Below are positions 35,980-48,021 of a stretch of DNA of 52,382 nt, one piece after another (positions within the stretch are counted from its first letter, which is position 1; each line of letters begins with the position of its first letter). The stretch spans positions 1 to 52,382 of the forward strand of contig CAJVPI010000117.1 of the NCBI GenBank assembly GCA_910592345.1, given 5' to 3'. The position numbers were made by a program, and so were the translations under genes. The DNA is from Paraglomus brasilianum (taxonomy: Eukaryota). The notes beneath the pieces are model-generated. The model made no database searches, was not told where the DNA came from, and saw only the letters and a list, made by a program, of their open reading frames with translations.

Positions 35980-38900
35980 ATGGCTGAAATGCGACCAGTC
36001 TTACACTTGTTTGACGTTTTCTCTCGTAAACTTTATATAGACGGGTACTTGTGTAAAAAAGACGTGACAAGTGGACCACAAGCACAGGGATGGGTGGAGT
36101 ATTATATAGAACTGTGTGGGTCGTCACTTAAATTACAGCGAATCAATGAAGATGGGGTAGATACCAGCGTTCCCTCATTCTTCATAAACATTGCAAGCTC
36201 TAGTGTAAAAATCATTGGAACTGTTGACGATGAAACACAGGTGCGAACTAACGTTTTGTTGTTAGACACTGGTCAAGGCAACAAATACTTGATTCAGGCG
36301 CCGGATGAAAATAAACTTATTGAGTGGATTCGGGCAATCCAATTGTCTTGTTTCGAAGGATCAAGACTGAATGAAGTATTTACTGCAACATTACTGAAAC
36401 GTCCGGGATTCAAAGAAGCCCTTTCCTCCCCAGTTTTGGTAAAGGGAAAGTTTGAAGGATACTTGCAGGTTCGATTTGCCGGGGAGAAAGAATCCAAGAA
36501 ATGTTGGGTAACTGTAAGCGATCACAGAACTGATGAGAAGAAAAAGAAGGACCTGACATTCAATAGGGGAATTGCAATGTTTTACGAATCTAAGAGATCT
36601 AGAAAGCCGTTTATGTCGTTAGCTAATGTGTTACAAACTTATGTCATGTTTCCCGGAACTACCGCGTTAATTGATAGAGTAAATGAATTCCTTGTGGAAG
36701 GGTCACTTTTTCCATCAGACACTTCTCAGAACAAACCGGGAGATTTTGTGATTCTGACAGCAGATTCGCCAACTGAAATGGCAAAGTGGCTTGTAGCATT
36801 CTTTGACAGTTTTAAATTGTACGGCAGACCAAAAGAGCTTTTGTACGATTTCAAAGATCCCGCGTCGCCCCTTTTCGCTGTCCCTACCGAGAAAAGTAAT
36901 GTAACACTATTTTTGACATTACAAGATGTTGAGCACGTCGACGTCAGCGAATCATCTGCAGACGTGAGGGCTGAGTTTGCAGAAATTGTTAGGAAGAATT
37001 CTGCACAATCTCATTCACACGGCACAACCTTAACTCCAGATAATCAATCTTCGCTCACAACTCAAAATCCTACTTCCCTTGGTCCAAATGTTCAAAGAAA
37101 ATCCTTCCTTGGCTCCGGTTCACCTCTTCCAAGTCGGCCAAGGGAAGGTTCAGTATCGCCACTACCGTCCCAAAGGATTACTTCTTCGGTAATCAGTTCA
37201 CCGACTTTGAAGAAACCTTTAACGGGACCAGGATCGAAAACGGTGGTAGCAGCTAAGGGTCGACATACACAAATTCAGAGTGATGATGATGACGATGAAG
37301 ATGACGATGCTGATAATGATGATGATGACGACGATGATGATAAGACGAGAGATGATGAAGTAAAGGAAGAAACTACAGAAAGTGAGTCCGAGGGAGAGAA
37401 TACGAATGAGGAAACAGACGAAGAGTCTGGGGAAGACGACCACATGTTGCGGCGTAACACTGAAGAAAACGCAAAGTCGTCTAGTTCGCTATCGCTTTTA
37501 GATACGACAGTAAATTTAATGCCTGATCCACCGGTTGTTGACTCGCCAATTAGTGGTGATTTGATGTCTGAAATTATGACTGCCTTTGAAGAGCAGAAGG
37601 ACAAAATGCAACAATCCATCGAGTCACCGAAGAAAGCAGTGGATAAACCTAAGCGATCTGTGTCTTTCAAGAATCCACCAAACCCAATGAAAAAATCGCG
37701 TAAAAAAATTGAACCTCTTCCATCAGACAGTGATGAAAAGAAAAGTGATGAATATTCTAGCGTCGCAAGTGACGAAGAAAGTGATGATGTTGTAGATGTT
37801 GACGCTGGGAAAGGTAAGGGAAAGGCAAAGGAAGAAACGCCGGTACCTTTGGATAGTAAACGCAAGAAAAAGGCAAAGGTTGTTCCACAACCTTCTGATA
37901 GCGAAGACAGCGAAAATGATAACGAGGACGAACCAATTATACCTACTTTGCAGGGACATTCTCGATTGAGACCATCTGACATTCCCGGTAGACAAGATTA
38001 TAGTTATAGACATGAGGATCAGCCCTTGGCTAGACCGTATAGAGCATCGTCACCTTATGGCCAACCGCACGGCTATGGTCAACCCTTGCCTCAATATGCG
38101 CCATATGGTTACGATCATAGATATCGACAGTCTCAAGGATACTACCCTTCTGGGGCAGGCGGTTATGGCAGGGACGAATTTTATGACAATGACTTGCAGC
38201 CCTTGGCTCAATCATCTGCCAAAGGGCGTCAAATGCGTGCCGCCTTACCCGATGACCCGCCCCGAGGTCGACCAAAGGGAAAGAAACCCTTAAAGAGTCA
38301 TCAGATGGTTCCAATAGATGTTTATGAAGACGTTGACGGTGGTAATGATGTAGAGGGCTTAGAAGAGGATGATACAGAACTTGCAACAAAGAAAAAATCT
38401 AAAAAGAAGAGCAAGTCCTCTGGAAAGAAGAAGAAAAACAAAAAGAAAACTAAAACTGAGGCGAAACAGGTTATGGAACCACTGGATGTTAATATACCTG
38501 ACATTGGCTCTTTGTCGTTGGATCAAAGTAAGAACGAGAATAAAGATAATTCCGATAAAGACACCTCGGAAGCTTCTGAAGGTGATAGAATAAACAAGTC
38601 TCGAAGGGTTTTCAAACCAACTAAATCAAGTGAGCGAAGGAACGTTACCAAGGGACAGATCCAAGACTCAAGTGAGTCAGATAAAACTGGTGAGGATTCC
38701 GAATCTGACGAAGAGCAACCACTCGTTTTGTTAGTTTCTGAAGATGGAGCGCCGCTACAAAACCCGTTGAATTACCCTCGGGGTGCATTTAACACGCCCT
38801 CCCGGTCACCATCACCCAATTATGCATTGGGACAACGGTACAGCAATATACCCCCAGGTGATTATTATGAAAACGAGTATTTAGACCCAAGAGGTTATGG

Positions 38901-39618
38901 TGAAGGAAGACGGGGTTCTCGTGGGTTCGATTATTACGACGATGATCGAATTAATGTGCCGGGTGGTTTAGGTGGACGACCCAGGTCAGCAACTGGACGT
39001 CGACGAATAAGTGGTGGTGCAGCGGATTATGCTCGCGATCAGTATTATGATGATCCATATTATGACGATCGTGGTAGCAATCCGTTTGCCACTCCACAAC
39101 ATTTTCGTCCAATGTCACTTCTCGGTTCGTTAAACAATTCTCAGCTCTCAGCCCGTCAGATGGAAGTACTAGCACGGGAGAGTGGGACCACTTTGATTCA
39201 ATTAGAAGAGAAACCAAAAGATCCAAGGGCAGGATTAGTAGGCGCAATAACAGCACGAGAAAATGCTCGCAAAGCGGCTGGAGCCAATACTATCTCAAGA
39301 CTAGCTGAGCTGGAGAGAGAACGTTTATTTGAAAAAGAGCGCGAACGAAGACTTGCTGAACAAAGATATTTGGCTCGCATGCCCGACAATAGGCAGCCTC
39401 TATATAGCATGGAAGGCGATCCCAGAATGAGAATGTATCCGGATCAGCAGCAGTGGGATGGTTACTCCCCGTATCATGATGGCTATGAATATGACGAAGA
39501 AGGATATGAAGAAGAATATGATGAAAATGATGATGTACCCATAGGGAGAATCACTGCCTCAACGCCCCAACCCCCAAGACAACCACGAAAACCAGGAAGG
39601 CGACGAGACACTGAATAG
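35980..39618 (+). CDS. Skg3/Caf120-like PH-domain protein, single exon, 1212 aa
   Basis: KLYIDGYL...WVEYYIELCGSSL PH domain; WIRAIQLSCFEGSRLNEVFTATLL, FEGYLQVRFAG, KWLVAFFDSFKLYGRP; C-terminal LSARQMEVLARESGTTLI...GLVGAITARE motif; long acidic/basic disordered linker. Confidence 0.85.
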   Translation: MAEMRPVLHLFDVFSRKLYIDGYLCKKDVTSGPQAQGWVEYYIELCGSSLKLQRINEDGVDTSVPSFFINIASSSVKIIGTVDDETQVRTNVLLLDTGQGNKYLIQAPDENKLIEWIRAIQLSCFEGSRLNEVFTATLLKRPGFKEALSSPVLVKGKFEGYLQVRFAGEKESKKCWVTVSDHRTDEKKKKDLTFNRGIAMFYESKRSRKPFMSLANVLQTYVMFPGTTALIDRVNEFLVEGSLFPSDTSQNKPGDFVILTADSPTEMAKWLVAFFDSFKLYGRPKELLYDFKDPASPLFAVPTEKSNVTLFLTLQDVEHVDVSESSADVRAEFAEIVRKNSAQSHSHGTTLTPDNQSSLTTQNPTSLGPNVQRKSFLGSGSPLPSRPREGSVSPLPSQRITSSVISSPTLKKPLTGPGSKTVVAAKGRHTQIQSDDDDDEDDDADNDDDDDDDDKTRDDEVKEETTESESEGENTNEETDEESGEDDHMLRRNTEENAKSSSSLSLLDTTVNLMPDPPVVDSPISGDLMSEIMTAFEEQKDKMQQSIESPKKAVDKPKRSVSFKNPPNPMKKSRKKIEPLPSDSDEKKSDEYSSVASDEESDDVVDVDAGKGKGKAKEETPVPLDSKRKKKAKVVPQPSDSEDSENDNEDEPIIPTLQGHSRLRPSDIPGRQDYSYRHEDQPLARPYRASSPYGQPHGYGQPLPQYAPYGYDHRYRQSQGYYPSGAGGYGRDEFYDNDLQPLAQSSAKGRQMRAALPDDPPRGRPKGKKPLKSHQMVPIDVYEDVDGGNDVEGLEEDDTELATKKKSKKKSKSSGKKKKNKKKTKTEAKQVMEPLDVNIPDIGSLSLDQSKNENKDNSDKDTSEASEGDRINKSRRVFKPTKSSERRNVTKGQIQDSSESDKTGEDSESDEEQPLVLLVSEDGAPLQNPLNYPRGAFNTPSRSPSPNYALGQRYSNIPPGDYYENEYLDPRGYGEGRRGSRGFDYYDDDRINVPGGLGGRPRSATGRRRISGGAADYARDQYYDDPYYDDRGSNPFATPQHFRPMSLLGSLNNSQLSARQMEVLARESGTTLIQLEEKPKDPRAGLVGAITARENARKAAGANTISRLAELERERLFEKERERRLAEQRYLARMPDNRQPLYSMEGDPRMRMYPDQQQWDGYSPYHDGYEYDEEGYEEEYDENDDVPIGRITASTPQPPRQPRKPGRRRDTE

Positions 39619-40055
39619 ACATGAACATGTATATTTCGGAATTAATTAGCTCGTGCAATTAGAATGATTAGCCTAAGTTATTTCTCACCCTTGCCAGTAA
39701 TGGTAATGCATCTGTAGAATCAGTCATTAGAACATTTTCGTTTATCTTCTCACCAAAAATAATCTCTTGACATCAATGCACACTGTTTATTAATCATACA
39801 GTATAGAATAAGATGGACATTATGCAATTTAGATAGAAGAGAAACTCTAGCAATGGCGCTGATTGAAGAATAACACCAGAGAATAGATATAGTTTCGCAC
39901 AGAATTCAAGCGAAAGAACTTCCGGACTTTGGGTTTTATGCTTCGTATAGTTAGGCAGCATCTACATGCAGCGTTCATTGTGATTGAGAGTCACATAAAA
40001 TCATGAACAATATATTATAATTTATAAGCTAGGTTGCAAATTTTATACTGTGCTT

Positions 40056-42466
40056 TTAGCTTTGTATGGGCCGATAAACAATCCCAATACTGTCAACGAG
40101 TGATCCAGCAGTTCCATGGATGCCGACCATCTCATGTCCCTCTGGTGCACTTAGGACAGTCAGTTCGGAACCTCCCATTCCACCATGCCATCCACTGCTT
40201 CTTCCCAGATTGGTTTTAAATTCTATGCCATCAACGTAAGCTCCGGCCTTTGCCACCAACGAGACCAATTTCTCTTTCTTGGTTAATTCAAACTTGCTCT
40301 CTGCACCCCCTTTGCCACCAAATGAAAGGCTCTTCTTGTTAGACCAGTAGAATTTTAATCCATCCAAGAAAACTCCCGAGTTAATTCTAATTTTGGAGAC
40401 GTACGCGTTAGACTTGGGGAATATAACTTCAAACTTGCTACCACCACCTGATCCCAAGGTGCCGCTTTTCAACGCTAGCCCGATATCTGGATAATGGTTT
40501 CTGTGGGTTTCTAGGAATGATTGCGCGTCAACCAGCGTGTGCTCTTCTTGGCCCGTTGTTATAATGACCATGTCAAGTTTCTGCCCATTTTCCCATCCAA
40601 CCTGCTTTTTAATTTCATCAATTCGTAATCTCCATTCGCGCGGCTGTTCATGTGGAAATTCGAAATGAGATTGAAACTGGTCGTTCAGCTTTACTTCGAT
40701 GAGGGAAATTCCTGCCATGCATTTAACTAGAACCGAATCATCCAATGGCCAAAAGGTAGGATATGCGTGCTTATACTCTCGATCATTTGGTGGATCGGGT
40801 GGAAGTCGAAAACAAGGATGGAAACGAAGCCGCATGACATCACATCTGTGCCAATGAGCACCGTTTTCGTCTCCGGGAAGAACAGGAATATTTCGATGAG
40901 GCTCCTTGACAGTGAATGTGCGGTTCAGGTTGTTGAAACCTCTGCTCATTAACCCTAAAACAATCATGTTTTAATGACAAAAGATTGAAATAAACAGATC
41001 GTGACAACTACCAAAATTACCTGATTTTGAATGAGGCAAAGTCAATGCGTGTCCGACTTCATGTAACTAACAAACAAGTTGTTTAAACGGGGGGGGCTGT
41101 CTTTTTCATCTGAATTTGTTATCACTTACCATAGCACCGATGCCAATATTACAGCACCTCCACCAGGTATAGCTTTCTCCACAATCGTTTGCCAAATCTC
41201 GAGTAATGTTCGTGTCATCCTGGAAACAACTTACGACTTGCTCGAGGCAACGCGGCCAAGCATGCGTAAGATGACTCCCGAATATGCCCAAACGTATGTG
41301 ATCAGCACCACCTCCTAACGCAGCATGTCCCCTGATCAAATCCATTGCGGGATCGTAGTGACTGTCCAAGATTAAACCAGCAACATAACATTGACGATCA
41401 AACGGAGGTCCATAATCTCTCAATGCTTCCATGAATATAGCAAATAGATCCTTTTTGTTTGGGTTTGGAATGCCTGGTGGTCTCTTGTACTGTTGAGCGC
41501 GGTCTGGATCGAGCAACTCTTCCCTCGTGTATTTGGTAGGTATTATGAAGATTTTGGCTGTCTCTCTCAGAGACGTTTTCTGATTAGACATGGTATCTAT
41601 GTTAGCGCGCGCGTGCGGGGAGAAAAATAATACTTGCGCGGTAAGCATTTATGTTATTCGTCCATACGAATTAAAGCATTCTCACCTGGTTGCCATTCTT
41701 CATATAATCGAAAAACCCTATTTATTCAAGTGTATAAAAATTATAAAGTTGAACCAAATATGACCAACACAACTAACGAGTTTTCTTAATTGTGTGTACC
41801 TTCTGCCGAGACCATTGCGTTGCATCTGTTCGGCAGTAAATGCTTGCCATAGATAACCAGCACATCTTAGTTTTTCTTTAACCGATTCTAATCCATTCTC
41901 TCCAGATTGGCGTTTCTCTGCTGGAGCATCAATGACAAGGTTCGAGTCCGCTGCTACTAGAATTGCAAGATGTAACGGGGGATTTTGTAATAATGGAAGA
42001 TAGTTTACTAGAAACTTGGTGGTAGCCGGGGTTGTTTGGTTCAAGTGACGTGGAGGATTAAATGTAAACGTCAACTCGTTTAGACCTGTCGATAAAAATC
42101 AATTATAAGGAGCGCGTTCTAAAAAAAAAAGTAATCAAAAAATTGAGAATCAATTTGCCTGCCTGGATCGAGATGCACAATGCACTTGAAATGCGAGTTA
42201 AACACTGGCCAATCGATCGACGGAAATGTCTCTTTATGATGGGTGACTGTGATTGTAGATTCAAATTCCGATTCGCTTGGTCCTGCTCGGCCATAGATCA
42301 AGAGCATAGGCTATTGAAGATGACATCAATTAGAAAGATATGATTTGCTAACTTTTTTATGTAAAGCAAATTTTTAACGATGATCAACCTGATATACCCA
42401 TTCGCCATCATTAACGTTGACTATTACGGGGGCAAGGGGGTTAATATCTTTACTTATGACTTGCAT
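40056..42466 (-). CDS. Zinc metallopeptidase (YIL108W/Metallopep family) with C-terminal jacalin-like lectin domain, multi-exon
   Basis: NPPLHLAILVAADS, YLWQAFTAEQMQRNGLGRR, GHAALGGG...LGIFGSH, CNIGIGAM|LHEVGHALTLPH (HExxHxxxxxH), GLMSRGF; jacalin-like FGGKGG...GAYVDGIEFKTNLGRSSGWHGG...VDSIG. Start ATG at 42466 inferred by hand. Confidence 0.9.
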
Positions 42467-42749
42467 CGTCAGAGAGTGTAATAGTAATAGTTGTCATGTT
42501 GTAGTTGTGCATGTTGTGTGATTTGATGATCATCCCTTTTCTGTGTTCAGTTTTCTTATTCGTGCTTTAACCTCATTTATTGTACAATTATGTTTTTTAA
42601 ATATATAAATAGAGAAGCATAAAACTAATGAAATTATTTTTGTTTACTATTACAATGCATCCAAGGTCTAAATTTATGTCTATGTCAGTTCAAAATCAGA
42701 ATATGATACATCCATATGGGCACAAATATAATACATTTCTTTTGTATTA

Positions 42750-45354
42750 TCACACAAAGACTTGAGCAAGGCCAAGTGTAGTCGTGTATGGGACTAACAT
42801 TATTGAGGAAAGGAAAAAAAATATCAATCCAAGAGCAATGGATATCGGGAGGGCTGGCAGTGCTTTCTGATAAATGGCTAATAGGAATATGGTAGCATTT
42901 AGACCCTGTTTATGAAATTAAAAGGTTAGTCGACATCAATTGACAGCTGATATTAAGTAAAAACATTTATACATACTGTTAATATTGCCACTGCACAGGA
43001 TATTGTAGTTATCCAGTCAAACATTGCTATAAATAACAAAAAAAAAGTGTTAATAATATCAGGCAATTGTACTAGCATCATACCGTAATATACTATAAAT
43101 AAACTTACCTGCCCGAGCAACTAATACGCTATAAAATACAAAATCACCCAACCCAAGTTTCAATCCACTCCCTGCCTCTACATGTTTTCGAGAAATGTTA
43201 GTATAATTCATGTGCTCACGCGTTACGATCTCTCAATACGTTCTGAAGACTAACCTTCATCGTCATCATCGTCACCATCCTCATTATTCGCAGTCCCTTC
43301 ACCGTTATTGTTGCCAGTGTTCTCTGTAATTACAGTGTCACTTTGTACTATAGTATCGTCGTTAATCATACTGTTATTAGAATGTCTTGGATTTTCGGAT
43401 AATGGTATATGTTCTCCAGTCTCGGTGCTCAGTTGGCGCATGTGAAAAGTAGATGCAGATGATAACGGTGGTGAAGCTTGGAAGTGATCAGGGGTTGAAG
43501 AAGTACGGCGTACCGTAATCGACAAATCTGGAGACGCCATTAGCCATATGGCGTTGACTGATTCCAAGAATGTCATAGAATTGAGATTATTTATGAGGCA
43601 ACCAAACGTTAAACTGAGGTACGGTGAATTACAGTACCTGTATATAGTAGTGCAGGAGGAAGTCCACGTTTTTCTTCTTTAGCGCTTTCAACCAAGATCC
43701 TTAATGGCCCAAAAGGACATAATACAGCAATTAAATCTAAACAAATATACGCGATTAATATAATGAATTTGTCCTTTGTGAAGGAATCAATGCAGGTATG
43801 CTCACCCCAAATTGCTAGTAACCCTAGCAGAATCCAAGTTGTCCATGCTGATAGCTGAGAGAGACTGAATGCCTAAAAGGTGTATCTCTGTCAGCAACCC
43901 AAACTAAACAATCGACAATTTATTCATATCTACTCACCGTTAAACTAGACATAACAACTAAATATATTTTTTGTAAGAGTAAAGGACCTTTCCAGAATAC
44001 TGATATCAACCCAACGACCGAAAAATTCCATAAAGCAAAGATAAATGTGACATAGTCTAACGGTACGGAAAAGGCTTGTAATATGTTCCTAGAAACCAAA
44101 ATTGAGTAAGCTGTGCGCACTTTAAAAGCATTCGTACATTAATTAATACTAACACATACTCAAATAGAAGATATCCCATAAATCCGAGGAGTAGAATAAC
44201 TGTAATCACCAAGATTCCTTTCAGAATCTGATCCAAATGGAATGTGAGCATAAATTCTAACTAGTTTACGCCAACAAGTGAATCCGCCCAAGGGGTAATC
44301 GACTACTGACCTTCATATGTCCGTATTTAAACAAGCATACTAGTGCAAAAGTAGCGACAATAACTTGTGATATTATTATCGCTGCAGTCACAAATGAGTC
44401 AAGTATATCCTTTGAGCTTGACGAACCACCCGATGAAAAATATGTAACAGATCCTTGTTGACTAAAAAAAATCGGATGTCAACATTCAATCCGCAGATGC
44501 AAGCACATGTTTACAATTATTCAATTAACAATTACCTAGAACCTGGCATTTGGTACGATATCTTGATCCATAATACTGATAGACATATACATAAAACAAC
44601 AGGTTTTAGTATTCGATAAACCTGTTGTATGTAAAATCTAAACTCTTCAGCCTGCTTATCCGAAAGTTCTTCTGAAACGGCTGTCGATGATGAAGCTTCC
44701 GCGGACTATCAATTTCATAATAAATGTTAAAATAGAAATACTACAAAATATCTGCAACAACCAAAAGTCCAACCTGTTCCCCAGCACCGGTTGAAGTTCC
44801 CTCACGAGAATTGTTTCGCCTCCCTAGACGAATTCAAAGAACACGGTTAATGGATCTATTAAGAAAAGATCCTTTGCCATTCCTCCAAACCACTCACGTT
44901 TAGCATTAATAATTTGTGCAATATTTCCTCTCGTCAATCCCTTATGGCCTGTACTTTTACCCTCGCTACTTCCCCCTTCACGAGAATCGTCCATATGTTC
45001 ATCTGTATTGGATTTCTTTTTCGCTTTACATTTCGAATGATGCTCGCCCCTCCAGTCTTCCTCTTGACATTTCTCTGAACAATATCGTGGTCCATCAAAC
45101 CCACATGCCCTGCACAAAAAGAAAGCATTAACCCCGCAAACTTTGCACGGATGTGGCGCCGATTTGGAAGTGGAAAATGACAAGTCTGCCGATATAGTTG
45201 AAGGTTGACTTGAGGATGGATTTACAGCAGGATCTTCGCTTGAAGGAGAAATGTCGTGCAACGATGAGTCGGTAAAATTTGTATAAATTGATGAAGTTTG
45301 ACTAGGTAAGGCGAGGTTGGGGTCGAGAAGGTCGTCGTGACTTGGTGCGGACAT
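42750..45354 (-). CDS. Presenilin (GxGD intramembrane aspartyl protease) with N-terminal MYND zinc finger, multi-exon
   Basis: TTWILLGLLAIW|DLIAVLCPFGPLRILVE, GLKLGLGDFVFYSVLV, KALPALPISIALG, LDYVTFIFALWNFSVVGLISVFWKGP; N-terminal CKVC...CRAC...RYCSEKCQEEDWRGEHHSKC. Confidence 0.93.
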
Positions 45355-46607
45355 GCTACAAAGAGACGATTGGAGACAGGAAATGCAAGCGTGACGAAAG
45401 AAATAAATACGCTAGAAGTTTAAATTAATGGGATTAGGGGAGTTACAAAAAGCTAAGCGCTGTGTCTCTCGTTGCGCATAATACATTCAATACAGAGGAA
45501 TTCGAAGAAAGATTATAAAAGTCCTCGTAAAACAGCAAGTGTGAATTAATTTTGGAAAGCCAAAGGATTGGTCGCAAGATTTTCAAATTTGGCAGGATCA
45601 TTATCTAACGATCGTCATATCACAATACGCAATAGTTCTTGTTTACTGTTACGAAAATAGTTAAATCGCCTGATCATAATCATAACATTATCTGTGAATT
45701 CCATGCGTATTTAGTCACACGCGACCGTCAACACGAAACCCTCGGAATAAACAAGTATAGTAATAACAGCATTCAATAACGGTGTGTACAAATATATTTA
45801 GAAAGAGGCATTTAAATAAAGTAGAGCATGTCATGCCCGAGTGTCACAAAACTGGGTCATTAACAAGAAAACAAACTAAACATCAAGACATGAAGCTTTC
45901 TTCGTTTGTGTGCTAATGTCCTAATTAACAATTGGGTCGGAAATCCCGATAATGTAAGCAGCATTTTCTTGCTGGTTTAACCGTTTTGGTATAACAAAGT
46001 GCTTTCTTGTGTACAGGCGAGAAAGACCATAGAAATGTATCACAGAACAGGCATAACTTTATTGCAAAATTGAAAAAAATTGACTATTTATAATATAAAT
46101 GTAAAGCATACAATAAGCTAAGCATAGTAAATTAAGCTTTTTCAACGACATACTATTAAATGTTACACGTGGTTTACGCATAATAATAAACGTGTGAAAA
46201 CTTCCGTTATTCATGATATTGTTTTTCTTTCTTTCGTCAATTTGCGTTCAGTTTAGCGCGTTCTATGGATAGACTGCGGCAGAATCAGAATTCTGTCAAT
46301 ATATCGTTCATATTTTGGTGCATTTGAATAGCGACGGTTTTTAGATTAGTGACTAAGCTTAATAAGGTAAAAACTATTAATAATAGAAATAGCAGCAAAT
46401 GTGCAGTATATTTAAATTATTTTAATTGCTGCAGACATGCAGTTTCCGATTGGGCCACGTATGCCTAAATTTAATATTCTTGGCATACCTGATACAAATA
46501 TATATTATTAGTCCTTTGGGTTTTTTGTCCTTGTTAACTCCCTAGAAATTAGCCAACTCCCCCCCCCTCCCCCAACTTCATACTAATACTGAGAGGAAAA
46601 GAAAGAA

Positions 46608-47087
46608 ATGCGATTACCGAACGCTATACGTCTGCCCACTTTTGGCCAGAAGAAAAACAAGTCAAACAGAAATGTTGACGCTACTTCTAGTAAAACAGCC
46701 TCTAGTATAAGTGCAACCACCTCTTCATCCAAGGTCATTCCCGACGCAACATCTGACACCTCCCCAGGTGGTGATGGTGTCACCACTAAGGTTGCTGGCA
46801 AGAAGCTAGAGCAACTGGACGAGGAAGAAACAAAAATAAATCCGAATGAATTCTTTGGGAACGAAACTTGGACTAAAAAAGAATTGAAATTGGAACTGTC
46901 GTCGGAACCAAAAAACTGGCTTAACGACATTGAAATTTCCACTAATTTTCGCATTGAAGGCGTTTCTGCCTATGAATACTCGAATCCCACCTTCCGTCCT
47001 ATACACAGCACCGTCTTTGACCGTTTGGAGCAGCTGGAAAAATTGGCGACAATTCATCCTCCTCAGGATTCCACTCCTTCCCAGTAG
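46608..47087 (+). CDS. Hypothetical 159 aa protein
   Basis: Clean ATG-to-stop ORF with coding-like composition after a pyrimidine-rich leader; no family recognised. Confidence 0.6.
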   Translation: MRLPNAIRLPTFGQKKNKSNRNVDATSSKTASSISATTSSSKVIPDATSDTSPGGDGVTTKVAGKKLEQLDEEETKINPNEFFGNETWTKKELKLELSSEPKNWLNDIEISTNFRIEGVSAYEYSNPTFRPIHSTVFDRLEQLEKLATIHPPQDSTPSQ

Positions 47088-48021
47088 CTTACGTCGTCTC
47101 GGTGCTTCAGGCGTAAGGTATAATTGCATGTAACCGACGAAGCTGAATATAGAAAGAAGCAGGAAACACTACAGCGAACCTCACTGTCGTTTGTTTGCCC
47201 GCAAATTGAATTACAAATTATGCAGCAGGTGTCGGAGGACAAGTCTTATAATTTATAATGCAAAAGTTATTGATGGGGGAATGTGATATCGTTCGTCTTA
47301 ACAGTAGTGTTTGTTAAGATATAATGGAGGAAAAATATATTTTACAGAAATTATTTGGACATCTCATCCACCTTCTTTGGTGAGGAGTCTTGACAGTGAA
47401 AGCTGTAAATATCTGTTTTACATAGAGTTAATTCTCTTTTTATTTATTATTATTTGCATTATTAATCGGGTGTTTTGATTAGACATACAGTACTTTTCAT
47501 GTATATATTTGTACTCTCTTCAATAAGAAACGTAATATTCATTCACAGATTTTGAAATGTGCCAATACCTTCAATGGAGCTGCAGAGCAAGCTTACCATC
47601 GTGCCTTGTCGTTACTAGTATCTCTGCGCGTATTATGTGAGGGCTCCTTTACCAAAAGTGCGAGATACTTGACTGATGTTAAATTCGGTCTGATAACGTA
47701 ATTCTGAGGAATCGTTTCCGTCGTAAAAAGACTGTAAATAATACTATTCTCTACGAGTCGCTAATAATCGGTAGCAATCGAAAATCGTAAAATTGAATCC
47801 TGCATTTTATAGTCTACGAAAGATTTATAGATCTTCTGTAAGGAACGACAAAGCCATTAATGCATGATTCTAATACTTACACACCTGAAAGCTACAGTAA
47901 TTGATATAATTTAAAATTTATATAGTTTGTAAATGTTAATCTTTTAACGATAAATTGTGATACGTCCAATCTGCAACTGACGAGAGACTGCATTCAAATA
48001 ACTCTCTTATCCTTAGCCAAA

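Noticed and set aside
37275..39410. Antisense ORFs (e.g. 37275..37982, 235 aa)
   Set aside because: Ser/Phe-rich shadows of the acidic/lysine-rich coding strand of the PH-domain gene.
43730..43812. Presenilin YD changed to WD as a sign of inactivation
   Set aside because: WD occurs in active presenilins such as invertebrate ones; the aspartate is retained.
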